From positions 1-64,000 of IMG/VR virus record IMGVR_UViG_3300021378_000014: a stretch of DNA of 64,000 nt; one strand, 5' to 3'. A program made the translations under genes and the position numbers. The notes under the pieces are model-generated. The model worked only from the letters and a program-made list of their open reading frames with translations, searched no databases and was not told the DNA's origin. The DNA comes from a virus. Positions 49,450 to 60,098 of this stretch are shown here, piece after piece (the stretch's first letter is position 1; the number at the start of each line of letters is the position of its first letter).

Positions 49450-51765
49450 ATGAATCCTTTTAGTACTACGCTTGAAGAAGAGAAAGCGAATAATAATCCA
49501 GCACATTCTTTTAGGTGGGTAGCTAATAACTTTGAAAAGACTGGGCTTTATCGTACTGAAGATATTACTTTTGCTAATACCGATATAATTAAAGAAGCAA
49601 GTAGGCATTTTCAAAAATACGGTATTTACAATGATATTGATCCTAAAACTGATCCTATTGCTTTTTCGAGGTGGTGGGATAGATGGGAATATCGACGTAA
49701 ACATGGAATGGTAGTTAATTGTAAATTAGATAAATCTGGAGGTAATTCAGATAAAGATTTGCAACCTCTTTGGATTCCTGGTAAAATGGTAGGTCTTATG
49801 AATTTCGGACCCATTCTTCGTACTGCTGATCCTGATGATCTAACTATATTAGATGCTAATACTGCTACGTTAGATCAACGTAAAAGACTAGGGATTGATG
49901 AAGAAATGGAACAACTATTTAGTAAAATCAAAGTAAACGAAACTGCTGATATTACACATGACTTTATGGATTTCTGGGATGGTCACTTTCATTATTGGGT
50001 TGCTCAAGATTTTAGTGAACGTATTGGATTAGATATGGTTGTAGTTAAAGCCCGACGTAAAGGTTTTAGTTATATAGGTGCGTGGGATGCTTGGGATGAA
50101 GTTTACATGAATCCTTTTATTAGTATCTTTTTAGTAGCTTATGATATGAAATATCTTACAGCTTCTGGTGGTCTTTTTTCGTTAGTTCAACAGTATTTTA
50201 ACTTTGAACAAAAATATACAGACTGGCGTAAACGTACACTTAGTAAAACTAAAGATCATATTAAGTTTGGATTTACATTTACTGGCGATCAAGAAGAGTA
50301 TGGTTTCCTAAGTAGTATTACTTGTTTTTCTGCTATGGATAATCCAGATTGTTTACGTGGTAAAATGGCTAAAAAGATTAAATGGGAAGAAACAGGTACG
50401 TTTCCTAATCTACAACAGACAAGAGAAATTGCATATTCGGCTGCTGAAGCTGGGGGATACAAACTTGGACATAGCACTTATTGGGGTACTGCTGGTAGTA
50501 AAGATGGAGATTATGGTCCACTTCGTAGTGCTTTTTATAAACCTATTAGTTTTGAAGCTTTACCGTTTGATAATATTTGGGATATTAATAAAGAAGGTAC
50601 AGAAGCTGCTTTATTCTTTGGTCAACTTCAAAATCTAGTTTATGATAAAGATGGTAATACAGATATAGAAGCCGGTAAACAATTCCATTTACGTAAAACA
50701 GAAAGAGCACGTAATAGTAAAACTGCTAGTCAATTCCAGCAATGGTCTGCTGAAAGAGCTACTACTCCTGCTGAAGCTTTGAACAGACAAGGTGATAATA
50801 TCTTTTCTGCTTTAGCGGGCAGACTACAAATGCAAGTTGATCGTTTAGATATAGACCCTGTACTTAAATCAATTGGTCGTTGTGGAAGATTAGAAGAAAC
50901 AACTAGTGGTATTCGTTTAATTACAAACGAAGAATTAAAACTACAAGGTAAACCTTATCATCTACCAATTAATGATACACCTGAAGCTTTAAGTAGAGAT
51001 ATGGATATGCATGGTTGTGTAGTTGAATGGTTTAGTCCACATACTATATCTTATGTTGATCCTCATGATCCATTCTCTTTTACTGGGAAAGTAAATTCAG
51101 TTGTACCCAAAGGATTATACTATATTTGGCATGATCCGTATGCAACTGATAAAGATAGTACTCAAATTACTATTAAAGATTCTCTTGGTGTTGCTTATGT
51201 ATACGAAAAAGCAAACGGATTTACTCCGAGTAAAGGTGATCGTATAGTAGCTAGTTGGATTGGTAGACCTGATACAACTGATGGTTATAACTCTCAACTT
51301 TTACTTTTATGTAAGTATTATAATACAATAGATGGTTTACTTTTTGAGAATGACCGAGGTGATGTTTATCCTTATTTTAAACATCATAAAGCTTTACGTT
51401 ATTTAATGGAAGAACCTGAAATGTTAACACTTAAAGAACTTAGTGGTAAGACAGGTAGAAATTATGGTTTATCTATTGGTAAAAACTTTAGACGTAAAGC
51501 GGAAGGTGCTCGTATGCTTAAAGATATGCTTAGTTCAGTATTTAGTAAAAATCAAGAAACTAATATTGAAACTACGTTTATAGAGTATATATACTGTAAA
51601 CGTTTATTGAAAGAGTTATTACGATGGAATAAAGATGGTAACTTTGATTGTGTTTCTGCTTGTATTGTAGGTCAATTTATGATTAGAGAAATAGAAGAAA
51701 GAGAAACAGAAACTGAAGATACATTTAAAGAAGTAGATGATTTCTTTACGCGTGCTCATTTTTAA
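49450..51765 (+). CDS. terL: Terminase large subunit
   Basis: KARRKGFSY Walker A, WEETG Walker B, WGTAG, and nuclease motifs WHDPY, FENDRG, GNFDCVSA. Confidence 0.93.
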   Translation: MNPFSTTLEEEKANNNPAHSFRWVANNFEKTGLYRTEDITFANTDIIKEASRHFQKYGIYNDIDPKTDPIAFSRWWDRWEYRRKHGMVVNCKLDKSGGNSDKDLQPLWIPGKMVGLMNFGPILRTADPDDLTILDANTATLDQRKRLGIDEEMEQLFSKIKVNETADITHDFMDFWDGHFHYWVAQDFSERIGLDMVVVKARRKGFSYIGAWDAWDEVYMNPFISIFLVAYDMKYLTASGGLFSLVQQYFNFEQKYTDWRKRTLSKTKDHIKFGFTFTGDQEEYGFLSSITCFSAMDNPDCLRGKMAKKIKWEETGTFPNLQQTREIAYSAAEAGGYKLGHSTYWGTAGSKDGDYGPLRSAFYKPISFEALPFDNIWDINKEGTEAALFFGQLQNLVYDKDGNTDIEAGKQFHLRKTERARNSKTASQFQQWSAERATTPAEALNRQGDNIFSALAGRLQMQVDRLDIDPVLKSIGRCGRLEETTSGIRLITNEELKLQGKPYHLPINDTPEALSRDMDMHGCVVEWFSPHTISYVDPHDPFSFTGKVNSVVPKGLYYIWHDPYATDKDSTQITIKDSLGVAYVYEKANGFTPSKGDRIVASWIGRPDTTDGYNSQLLLLCKYYNTIDGLLFENDRGDVYPYFKHHKALRYLMEEPEMLTLKELSGKTGRNYGLSIGKNFRRKAEGARMLKDMLSSVFSKNQETNIETTFIEYIYCKRLLKELLRWNKDGNFDCVSACIVGQFMIREIEERETETEDTFKEVDDFFTRAHF

Positions 51766-51795
51766 AGTTACTAAATAATTAAAACTAATAATGTA

Positions 51796-54237
51796 ATGAA
51801 TGGTTATCCTAGTCAGTATATTTCTCTAAGTGAGAAATTAAAAATAGCCCCACATAAAAAAGTACCAGATTGGATTATAGCTAATTATAATTACTGGTCA
51901 CAACAAGCTTCACCTCATATAGCAGATATTGATATTTTTCAAGAATTAGAATCTGTAGCTGAAGGAAAGATTAGTACTAACAAGTACAAATATATTGAAA
52001 ATCCTTTTAATACAGATAATCCTGATTATAAACGCTATCCAGCAAGAATTAGGAATTATGATATTATCAAACCTATTCTTGAACGTTATATTGGAGAACG
52101 TCTTGAACGACCAGATACACAACAAGTATACGCTAAGAATGAGGAAGTAGTTAATGAATTTAAAGTAGCTCGTAGTCAATTCTTTGAAGGAATTTTACAG
52201 CAACAATTTATTAACGAATTAAATAGTCTAGGTATGGATACTGGTATGGACTCAAAAGAGATACCAGGTATGAAAGACTTAGAGGATGAATTTATTCTTA
52301 ATTATACTAAGAAACGAGCTAAGTATGGTAGTGAAAGTCTTGAGCTTTTAAAATCACAACTATTATTAAAAGAGAAGTATCAAAAAGCATTTTACTATTG
52401 GTTAGTCTTTGGTAGAGTTTATGCGATGAAAGGCATTAATTATGATGATGTTCAGTATAGTATACTTGATCCTAAAGATGTAACTGTAATTGGTTGGAAT
52501 GACGATAGTAGATATGCAGAAGATGCTCAAGCTAGTATTGTTACTAAGCAATGGTCTTTAGCTAGTATTATAGATAATTGGGGACCTCAATTAATAGAGC
52601 GTTACGGTAAAGGTATTATTAAACAATTAGAAACCAGAATGGGTAGTCAAAGACTTCCTACTTCAGGTGCTGTTGTTCGTAATGGTGAATTTGTTTATAC
52701 TCCGTCTGGTGATCGTTATGGTTTAGAAAATACAGCAATGTTAGATGTTCAATATATTAATTGGAAATCTATTGCTAAACGTGGTATTCTTACTTTTATA
52801 AATGAGAAAGGTTTACCTGATACAGCTATTGTTGATGATGAATATCGTCCTGATCCAATGGCTGGAGAAGTAAATATTGAATGGATACCGGAGAATGAAG
52901 TATGGCAAATGATAGTTATAGCTGATGGCTTAACTAGCACTAATACTACATTTGGAACTAACGCTAATTTAAACGAATTAACCGGAGATAGTGAAGGTTT
53001 TGCTGGAGCTATATTCTTAGAGTATGGTCCTGTTCCTGTACAAAGGAATATGATTAATAATAGTTCAATTTGTAAGTTACCACTTAATGGTACTTATTTT
53101 GGTTACGATCCTTCTATTATTGACAGTATTGTTAAAAAAGGAATTAGTTACCAAGAACTATATAATATATTTCATTATAGGTTTGAACTTACACTAGCTA
53201 AGAATAAAGATAAACTGATGCTATTTCCATTAGGTCTTATACCTAAAGATAAAGGTTGGACTGTTGATACTTGGATGTATCAAGTTCATGCTTTTAGTTT
53301 AGCATTCTTTGATGAAACTAGCGAAAAAGCTATGGCTGCTATGCAAGCTATGAAAAGTATTGATATGAGTTTAAGTCAGTACATGGGGCAGATGTGGGAG
53401 TTTATGCAAGGTATTCGACAAGAGTGGTGGGATAGCATTGGTATGAATAATCAACGTTATGGAGACATAAGTTCTAGTGCTGGTAAAGGAACTACACAAC
53501 AAGCAGTTTATCGTAGTAGTGTTAGTACTAAAGAATTAAACTTTCAATTTGATTGTTTCTTAGATCAAGAAGCAAATGGTTTAATTGATTACAGTAAATA
53601 TGCTTGGGCAGAAGGTAAAAAAGGTAGTTACATTACTAGTACTGGAAGTCAAGTATTTTATGATATTAATGCGGAAGATCACGCTACTACTGAATATGGT
53701 GTTTTTTCTACTTCTTCTATTGAAGAATATGATAACGTTCAATTCTTAAAAAATGTATTACTTCAACCTATGGCTCAGAATGGTACTCCTGGTAGTATTG
53801 TTACTAAAGTTATTAAAAGTAATAATTTAGCTAAGATTGAGGAGTTGATGGAAAAAGGAGAACAAATACAACAGAAGTTAGTGGCAGATCAGCAAGAACA
53901 ACAAAATGAAACTCAACGTTATATTGCTGATAGCGCTAACAAAATGACAGCTGATTCTAATCAAGTTAAACTTGATATTGCAAATATTGCAGCAGATAGT
54001 CGAATTGAAGTGGCAAAAATTACAGCTGATAGTTTTAATGCTGCAGCTGGAGATGCTGACGGTGACGGTATACCAGAATCTGATGAAATAATGGCAAGAG
54101 CTTACCAAAGACAATTAGCTAGAGAACAACTACAAGAACAAAAAAGAGCGTCTTTAGCTAAGGAAGACTTAGCGCGGCAAAAGGTCAATACATCGTTAGC
54201 AGTAGCAAAAGAAAATAAAAATAAACATGATAACTAA
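51796..54237 (+). CDS. Portal protein
   Basis: 813 aa directly after TerL; RIRNYDIIKPILERYIGE, YQELYNI, QRYGDI; crAss gene order. Confidence 0.88.
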   Translation: MNGYPSQYISLSEKLKIAPHKKVPDWIIANYNYWSQQASPHIADIDIFQELESVAEGKISTNKYKYIENPFNTDNPDYKRYPARIRNYDIIKPILERYIGERLERPDTQQVYAKNEEVVNEFKVARSQFFEGILQQQFINELNSLGMDTGMDSKEIPGMKDLEDEFILNYTKKRAKYGSESLELLKSQLLLKEKYQKAFYYWLVFGRVYAMKGINYDDVQYSILDPKDVTVIGWNDDSRYAEDAQASIVTKQWSLASIIDNWGPQLIERYGKGIIKQLETRMGSQRLPTSGAVVRNGEFVYTPSGDRYGLENTAMLDVQYINWKSIAKRGILTFINEKGLPDTAIVDDEYRPDPMAGEVNIEWIPENEVWQMIVIADGLTSTNTTFGTNANLNELTGDSEGFAGAIFLEYGPVPVQRNMINNSSICKLPLNGTYFGYDPSIIDSIVKKGISYQELYNIFHYRFELTLAKNKDKLMLFPLGLIPKDKGWTVDTWMYQVHAFSLAFFDETSEKAMAAMQAMKSIDMSLSQYMGQMWEFMQGIRQEWWDSIGMNNQRYGDISSSAGKGTTQQAVYRSSVSTKELNFQFDCFLDQEANGLIDYSKYAWAEGKKGSYITSTGSQVFYDINAEDHATTEYGVFSTSSIEEYDNVQFLKNVLLQPMAQNGTPGSIVTKVIKSNNLAKIEELMEKGEQIQQKLVADQQEQQNETQRYIADSANKMTADSNQVKLDIANIAADSRIEVAKITADSFNAAAGDADGDGIPESDEIMARAYQRQLAREQLQEQKRASLAKEDLARQKVNTSLAVAKENKNKHDN

Positions 54238-54276
54238 AAGTTATCCTTATTATTGTAACACTAAATTAATTTAATT

Positions 54277-55485
54277 ATGCCCACAGAAACGGATACTAAC
54301 GTAGGGAATGAAGGTAATGCTGATTTTGGAAACATCACTATTGGTAATGTTTTTAGTGCCGGAGGTACTCCTCCTTCACAACTGGATAATAAAGATACTA
54401 AAGCTAATCCAGACGGTGAACCTACAACGCCAATTACTACAGACACTAAACCTGTAGAAACTGTTGTTACTGATACTAAAGCTGATCCTGCAGAAGAAGA
54501 GATTGTTGAAGAATATTCTCAAAATACTGCTGGTGATCTTTTAGATAAAGATGGTAAAGTTGTAGCTAAAAAAGGAGAGTATGAAGTTGACGCAGAGGGA
54601 ACCATTTCTTTTACTGGGAAAGAAGACAATCTTAGTCCTGTTCTTAATATAGCTAAAGAAAAAGGTTATGACCTAGTCGATGAGGATGGTAATCCTATGG
54701 AGTTTGAAAATACGCCAGACGGTGTATTTGCATTAGCAACTACTATTGGTGAACGTATGATTGATGAGTATGAAATTAAACTTCTTACTACCTTTCCTAT
54801 TGTTGAAGAAATTGTTAATCACCTTAAAGCAGGAAAAAGTCCTGAAGACTTTTTTAAAAGTAAAGTAGAAACTACCGATTATACTAAAATGACTTTTAGT
54901 AAAGATGATGTTGGAACACAACGTAATTTAATTAGAAATTATTATACCAACGTTGGCAATCTTACTGCAGAAGATGCAGAAGAAGCTATTAAGTTATTTG
55001 AAGATTCTGGTAAATTAGAAGAAAAATCTAAATCTGCTTTAGAAAGATTAAAACAACACCAGATTACTACTGAGAATGCTCGTAAAGCTGCTAATCAAGA
55101 AGCTATTCGCGTAAAAGAAGCTAATACAGCTCAGTATTGGGATGGTGTTAAACAAACAATTAATACAGGTAATCTTGGAGATATTACTATTCCTGAAAAG
55201 GATAAGAATGATTTCTTAAAGTTTATTGCTGTACCTAATAAAGATGGTGTAGTTGGAGTTTCTAAAAAATACAATGAACTACCTACTGATAAGAAACTTA
55301 TGATTGATTATCTTTTATATAAAGATTTATCTTTAGAAGATTTAGTTAGTCTTAAAGTCAATCAAAAACAAGTTAATGATTTGCGTAAACGTAAAGCTGT
55401 TCTTACTCCTACAGCAGGTTCACGTAAAGTTATTAAAAGTTCTGGTGCCGAAGGAGGTGACTACACTCTTGGTAATTTAGCATAA
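54277..55485 (+). CDS. Acidic protein preceding the MCP (scaffold-like)
   Basis: Acidic disordered N-terminus, helical C-terminus; conserved crAss position. Confidence 0.7.
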   Translation: MPTETDTNVGNEGNADFGNITIGNVFSAGGTPPSQLDNKDTKANPDGEPTTPITTDTKPVETVVTDTKADPAEEEIVEEYSQNTAGDLLDKDGKVVAKKGEYEVDAEGTISFTGKEDNLSPVLNIAKEKGYDLVDEDGNPMEFENTPDGVFALATTIGERMIDEYEIKLLTTFPIVEEIVNHLKAGKSPEDFFKSKVETTDYTKMTFSKDDVGTQRNLIRNYYTNVGNLTAEDAEEAIKLFEDSGKLEEKSKSALERLKQHQITTENARKAANQEAIRVKEANTAQYWDGVKQTINTGNLGDITIPEKDKNDFLKFIAVPNKDGVVGVSKKYNELPTDKKLMIDYLLYKDLSLEDLVSLKVNQKQVNDLRKRKAVLTPTAGSRKVIKSSGAEGGDYTLGNLA

Positions 55486-55519
55486 TTGATTTTTTTATTT
55501 TAAAATTAAACTTAAACGT

Positions 55520-57010
55520 ATGTCTGATTTTCAATCTCGCATTGTAGTCCATAATGAGACTTTTGATGCAAGTGGTATTAGTGATCAAAATCGACTTGAT
55601 CGAGCTTTGATGTCTAAACCTGATCAACTAACTCCTGTTATTACTGCTCTTATGGGTGGTTGGAGTTCTAATTTTCCTCTGCTTTCATTAACTGAAGGTC
55701 AGATGGGCGGAACTAAGGAGAATGCAATTAATGATATTCAATACGAGTATCCTGTAATTACTAAACCTAAGCGTAGCGAACGTCTTGTTCGTTATGATGG
55801 CCCTGCTGGAGTTGCAAAAGGAGTTAACTTTACTCCTATTTTTGTAGTATTTCCTAGTGCTTGGTTTCCTTTCCAATCTTCACTCCGTAGTCGTAGTGGT
55901 ACACAAGTTCGTGTATCTGCTGAACCTATTAAAGTTAGTGGAGGTTATCGGTATGAATTGAATCACTTTGAACCTAATGCTGATTTTACTCTACCTGATA
56001 GTGACTTTGAACCTGGCGCTGTTTGGGCTCGCGTAGGTGGTAGTACTGTTACTGAAAGCCGGTCTATTGGTAATAGTAATCCTGTACAGAATCCCGGTAA
56101 ACGTAAAAACCAAATTGGTATTTTGCGTGAATCTTATCATTATGCTGGTAATATTGCTAACAAAACTGTAGAGTTTCAATTGTATAACGGTGGTGGTAAA
56201 TCCAGTAGCCTTTATATTGATTGGGAAAACTTTCAGCATATGTTGAACTGGCGCCAGTATAAGGAAGAGCAATTGTGGGTATCACGTTATTCACGTAATG
56301 CTGACGGTAGTAACCCTTTACGTGATAGCCGTTTAAATCAAATTATTCCTACGGGTGCTGGTTTGCTTCAGCAGATTGTTAATAGTGATACTTATTCTAC
56401 CCTTACGGAGAAGAAAGTTCGTAGCATTATTAGTGATGTATTCCGTGGTGCTCCTGATACCGGAGCTATGGATATTATCCTGTATACTGGTACTGGCGGC
56501 AAGGATGAATTTGACGCAGCTTTCAAAGATAGCAATATCTTTAAACTGGTAGCTGAAGGTGTAGGTGATAAATTTGTACGTAGTGCAGGTGGTAACTTAC
56601 AACTTGGTGGTTACTTTACTTCTTATAAGCATATTGATGGTCACTTTGTTACTATCAAAACTCTTCCCATGTTGAACTTGGGTGGTTATGCTGATGCAAG
56701 TGGTATTCATCCTGTAAGTGGTTTGCCTATTTCTAGTTACGAAATGTATTTCATTGATCAATCTCGTTATGACGGTGTACCTAACGTACAAATGGTCTAT
56801 CAAAAAGGTCGTATGGAAGTTCGTGGTATTCAACAAGGTATGACTATCTTGAATGAATCTACTTATGGTGACTTTAAAGGAATGCAAAAATCTGGTTATT
56901 TAAACTTAGCAACTGAACAAGATGAAACTAGTGTTCACTATCTTTGTACCGCTGGTATTCAAATGATGCGTGATACTCATAGTTTTTCTTTGCTTCCTTC
57001 TATTGGGTAA
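55520..57010 (+). CDS. Major capsid protein
   Basis: 496 aa; FPLLSLTEG, KNQIGILRESY, TGAGLLQQI, LYTGTGG, GGYFTSYKHIDGH as in crAss MCPs. Confidence 0.9.
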   Translation: MSDFQSRIVVHNETFDASGISDQNRLDRALMSKPDQLTPVITALMGGWSSNFPLLSLTEGQMGGTKENAINDIQYEYPVITKPKRSERLVRYDGPAGVAKGVNFTPIFVVFPSAWFPFQSSLRSRSGTQVRVSAEPIKVSGGYRYELNHFEPNADFTLPDSDFEPGAVWARVGGSTVTESRSIGNSNPVQNPGKRKNQIGILRESYHYAGNIANKTVEFQLYNGGGKSSSLYIDWENFQHMLNWRQYKEEQLWVSRYSRNADGSNPLRDSRLNQIIPTGAGLLQQIVNSDTYSTLTEKKVRSIISDVFRGAPDTGAMDIILYTGTGGKDEFDAAFKDSNIFKLVAEGVGDKFVRSAGGNLQLGGYFTSYKHIDGHFVTIKTLPMLNLGGYADASGIHPVSGLPISSYEMYFIDQSRYDGVPNVQMVYQKGRMEVRGIQQGMTILNESTYGDFKGMQKSGYLNLATEQDETSVHYLCTAGIQMMRDTHSFSLLPSIG

Positions 57011-57055
57011 GTAACTAAATAATCTATAAATTAATATAAAATAAAGATTAACAAT

Positions 57056-58012
57056 ATGTCTACAATTAATGATACAGTAAGCAGTGGCGATAAACCATCT
57101 GAAGGTGCCGCCACTGCTTCACCAGTTACAATACCAGAGTTTAATAACTTCCCATATACTGTTCGTAAATCTGTTACAATTAAACCTAAACGAACAACAA
57201 CTGTACTTCCTGAAATAAACACCCTTGGTAATACAGCTGAATTTTATATTCAAAAGATTGGAGGAGCTTTTGCTGGTCATGGTAGTACTTTACCGCTTGG
57301 CCGTCGAGCTTTAACGCGTGAAGAAGAAAAAGCGTGGTTTCCTATTATTTTAGGTATTGCGCCTACTCACCAAGATTGGGATAAATATTTAAATAATTAT
57401 TGGCATGATATTTCTGTTCCTGTTCCTTTAGAAGGATTAGAACTAAATTGTAATTTAGTTATTGAATATGAAGGTCATGTTGGAACTCCAGCTAATGCTG
57501 TGCATTACATACTTTATAAGTATTGTTTAATTTACGGGGATGTTGCTAATACGGTAGAAGATGTTAATAAATCTCCTAAAATTCGTTTTTATCTTTGGAC
57601 TAAAGAAGAAGATGTTAAACTGAAATTAACTAAACAACAACTTACCGATGCTGCCTTTATTGCTCGTCTAAAACTAGATAAAACACCTCAACGTGCTGAA
57701 TCTATTATTATTATGTTTAATAAAGAATTGCCTCTTAATGATGGAGATAAAAAGTTAATGCTTGCTGAACTTCAAGATAGCGAACCTGCTAAGTTTTTAG
57801 AGTTTGCTAATGATGAAAATTTACAAGATAAAGCTTTTATTCAACGATGTATTAATGCGGCTTTACTGCGTCGACCTTTGAATAGTCAAATGATTATGTA
57901 TAAAGATGAAGTTATTGGTAATAGTTTTTCAGAAGCTATCGGATGGCTTAACCAAGCTGGTAATAGTGTAACTAAAGCTGAACTACAAAACTCACTTAAA
58001 ATTAGTAGGTAA
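57056..58012 (+). CDS. Conserved crAss virion protein following the MCP
   Basis: Position, plus YILYKYCL...SPKIRFYL. Confidence 0.7.
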   Translation: MSTINDTVSSGDKPSEGAATASPVTIPEFNNFPYTVRKSVTIKPKRTTTVLPEINTLGNTAEFYIQKIGGAFAGHGSTLPLGRRALTREEEKAWFPIILGIAPTHQDWDKYLNNYWHDISVPVPLEGLELNCNLVIEYEGHVGTPANAVHYILYKYCLIYGDVANTVEDVNKSPKIRFYLWTKEEDVKLKLTKQQLTDAAFIARLKLDKTPQRAESIIIMFNKELPLNDGDKKLMLAELQDSEPAKFLEFANDENLQDKAFIQRCINAALLRRPLNSQMIMYKDEVIGNSFSEAIGWLNQAGNSVTKAELQNSLKISR

Positions 58013-59073
58013 TGACTATACAAGAAATGCACATCGACTTTCAGTTAAAACTGCAAGAAGTGTATGCTTATACTTTTGGTGATTTTACTAAAGAAGAAAT
58101 TGATTGGGTATTAAATGAACATATGTTTAAGTTTATTGAGTATCGTTCTGATCCTAAAAGTAATAGAAAACAAGAAGGATTTGAAAGTACTCAAAAACGT
58201 TATGACGATATTGAAAGTTTAATAACTACAACCTCTCTCCCAGTAATAGAGAATGTGGGGTATGTAAGTGCATTTCTTCCTAGTAATTATTTTAAACTAG
58301 TTAGTGAAAGACCTGTAGTGTCTTGTTCTCCTAAAGTTATTGTAGAACAATCATTATCAAGTTTAGGAATTAATTTAATTAATTCAACTCAAACATCTGT
58401 AGCTACTTATCAACTTACAATTAGTACTAATGGTGATAGTTTTTTATTGTTTGATAAAGCCGATTATACAACAAAAGTTTTAGGACAAAGTGAAATTCCT
58501 TTTTTAACGGCTTTAGTTATAAATAAACTAAGTAGTTATAAACCAGGTCAGCTTATAGCTGCTTGGGAATCTATTGGGGATTTTCACACCCCTAATAAAA
58601 CTGCTGTTGTTGGTTATTATGATAATATAACTATCACCATTACTAGTACTAATAGTACTGGTAATACGTTTACGACAACCTTTACTTTTTCAGCTACTAC
58701 TATTAATAAAGCACAAGTTGCTAATGATAGTAAAGAGGTTGATGCAAGGTTACTTAATCATGAGTTTCTTCATCGTCTATTAGGTAATTATTTTAGTAGA
58801 ACTAGACCTGATTCGCCAGTGTGTGTAATAGAAGATGGTATAATTAAGGTTTACTATTCAAATTTTAGCGTTAGTAGTGTTAATATAACTTATGTTAAAT
58901 CTCCTAGATTAATGAGTAATTCTTTAAGTATAGATTGCGAATTAGGAAGTAGAACTGGTCAACGTTACAATATTTGTAGACAGATTGTAGATGCTGCTGT
59001 AGCGAGTGTTGCTGGTAGAATTTCTGCTGGTAACACTCCTATTTTAACTGAAAATTTTTTAATAACTGAATAA
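58012..59073 (+). CDS. Head-tail connector/ring-type protein
   Basis: MTIQEMH...EIDWVLN...EGFESTQKR...YVKSP...IVDAAV; crAss gene order. Confidence 0.7.
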   Translation: MTIQEMHIDFQLKLQEVYAYTFGDFTKEEIDWVLNEHMFKFIEYRSDPKSNRKQEGFESTQKRYDDIESLITTTSLPVIENVGYVSAFLPSNYFKLVSERPVVSCSPKVIVEQSLSSLGINLINSTQTSVATYQLTISTNGDSFLLFDKADYTTKVLGQSEIPFLTALVINKLSSYKPGQLIAAWESIGDFHTPNKTAVVGYYDNITITITSTNSTGNTFTTTFTFSATTINKAQVANDSKEVDARLLNHEFLHRLLGNYFSRTRPDSPVCVIEDGIIKVYYSNFSVSSVNITYVKSPRLMSNSLSIDCELGSRTGQRYNICRQIVDAAVASVAGRISAGNTPILTENFLITE

Positions 59074-59084
59074 ACATATAATAT

Positions 59085-60077
59085 ATGTATCCTGTTGAAT
59101 TGTTTGTAGCACGTGATGTACTTTACGGAGCTAAGCAAGGAGGTGGTACTATTGCAAATTTAGGTGAAATTGATGATCTCGTCGTTGGCGGTATTGCTCT
59201 TTTTGCTGATAATGGTAGTATCATTTTAGCAGCTACTACAGCTGCAAGTCTTAAAAATGTTAGTCAATTTCGTATTGCGATTAACGACGGTAACGGTGTT
59301 CGTTTAAGTGCGCCTATTGATCGTGAAGCGTATAACGCTACTAAGCAAGGTTACGTTGCTGCTGTAAAACAAGTAGTAGTTGTAGGAGAAAGTTCTACCA
59401 CCAACGGTGATATGAACTACCCTACCACTTTGGTACCTGGTACAGTTGCTGAACTAGTTATCACTGATACTACAACTGCTGATTATCGTGTTAATTTGAC
59501 TAAACGATATTACGCTGAAGTTACTGCTGCTAGTACAGCAGCTACGTTGAATGCCGCTTTAATTGCAGCTATTAACGCAGATCCAACTTCAATTGTAGTA
59601 GCTAGTGCTCAAGGTACTGTGGGTATTATCTTAACAGCTAAGTTGTTTGCAACTACGTTTGTTGTGGGTGTTACTGAAATTATCGAATCTGCTACTATTT
59701 GGAAAGATGGAACTAACGGTTCTGTTATTTTCAATCCTGGTCGTGGTAATGTTTCTCAGCTACTTGAACTTCAAACTGAAAGTGATATTCTTTTAGGTAA
59801 ATCTAATTTTGCTGGTCAACAACAATATTGGTGGAGTCGTCAAGATGAAGTTGCTGCAAGTGGTATTACTGGATTTGAAATGTTTATTTTCCAAGATGCT
59901 AGCGAGGCTCGTAAAGCAGGTAAAGTAATGAATGTAGCTACGAAAGATACAGTTCTTGCTTATCCTACGGGAACCACTGCAACTACTGGTATTGAAGATG
60001 TTTTAACTGGTATTCTTGCTGTTGTACTGAAAGGAGCCGAATCTAGTTCTGGTTCTTCTACTGATTCTAATAATTAA
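59085..60077 (+). CDS. Virion structural protein (auxiliary capsid-type)
   Basis: A/T/G/V-rich, 330 aa, with codon usage like the MCP. Confidence 0.65.
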   Translation: MYPVELFVARDVLYGAKQGGGTIANLGEIDDLVVGGIALFADNGSIILAATTAASLKNVSQFRIAINDGNGVRLSAPIDREAYNATKQGYVAAVKQVVVVGESSTTNGDMNYPTTLVPGTVAELVITDTTTADYRVNLTKRYYAEVTAASTAATLNAALIAAINADPTSIVVASAQGTVGIILTAKLFATTFVVGVTEIIESATIWKDGTNGSVIFNPGRGNVSQLLELQTESDILLGKSNFAGQQQYWWSRQDEVAASGITGFEMFIFQDASEARKAGKVMNVATKDTVLAYPTGTTATTGIEDVLTGILAVVLKGAESSSGSSTDSNN

Positions 60078-60098
60078 TAATCTTATAACCTCATTAAT

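Larger units (their letters stand above)
2209..58253. repeat. Dispersed ~20-bp repeat family, consensus TTCTCTATTACTGGGAAAGA (19 copies)
   Basis: + copies near 2209, 6931, 11313, 16100, 24585, 34417, 40549, 47984, 51073, 54605; - copies near 3037, 11225, 16727, 24815, 30192, 36825, 40585, 47927, 58233. Confidence 0.92.

Noticed and set aside
32922-51765. Inteins, introns or homing endonucleases in polA, the helicases or terL
   Set aside because: Lengths are normal, motifs are contiguous, and no intein termini or LAGLIDADG/HNH ORFs were seen.
2209-58253. The dispersed 20-bp repeat as a CRISPR array or promoter set
   Set aside because: Copies are mostly kilobases apart, in both orientations, mostly intragenic, and unrelated to gene starts or transcription direction.
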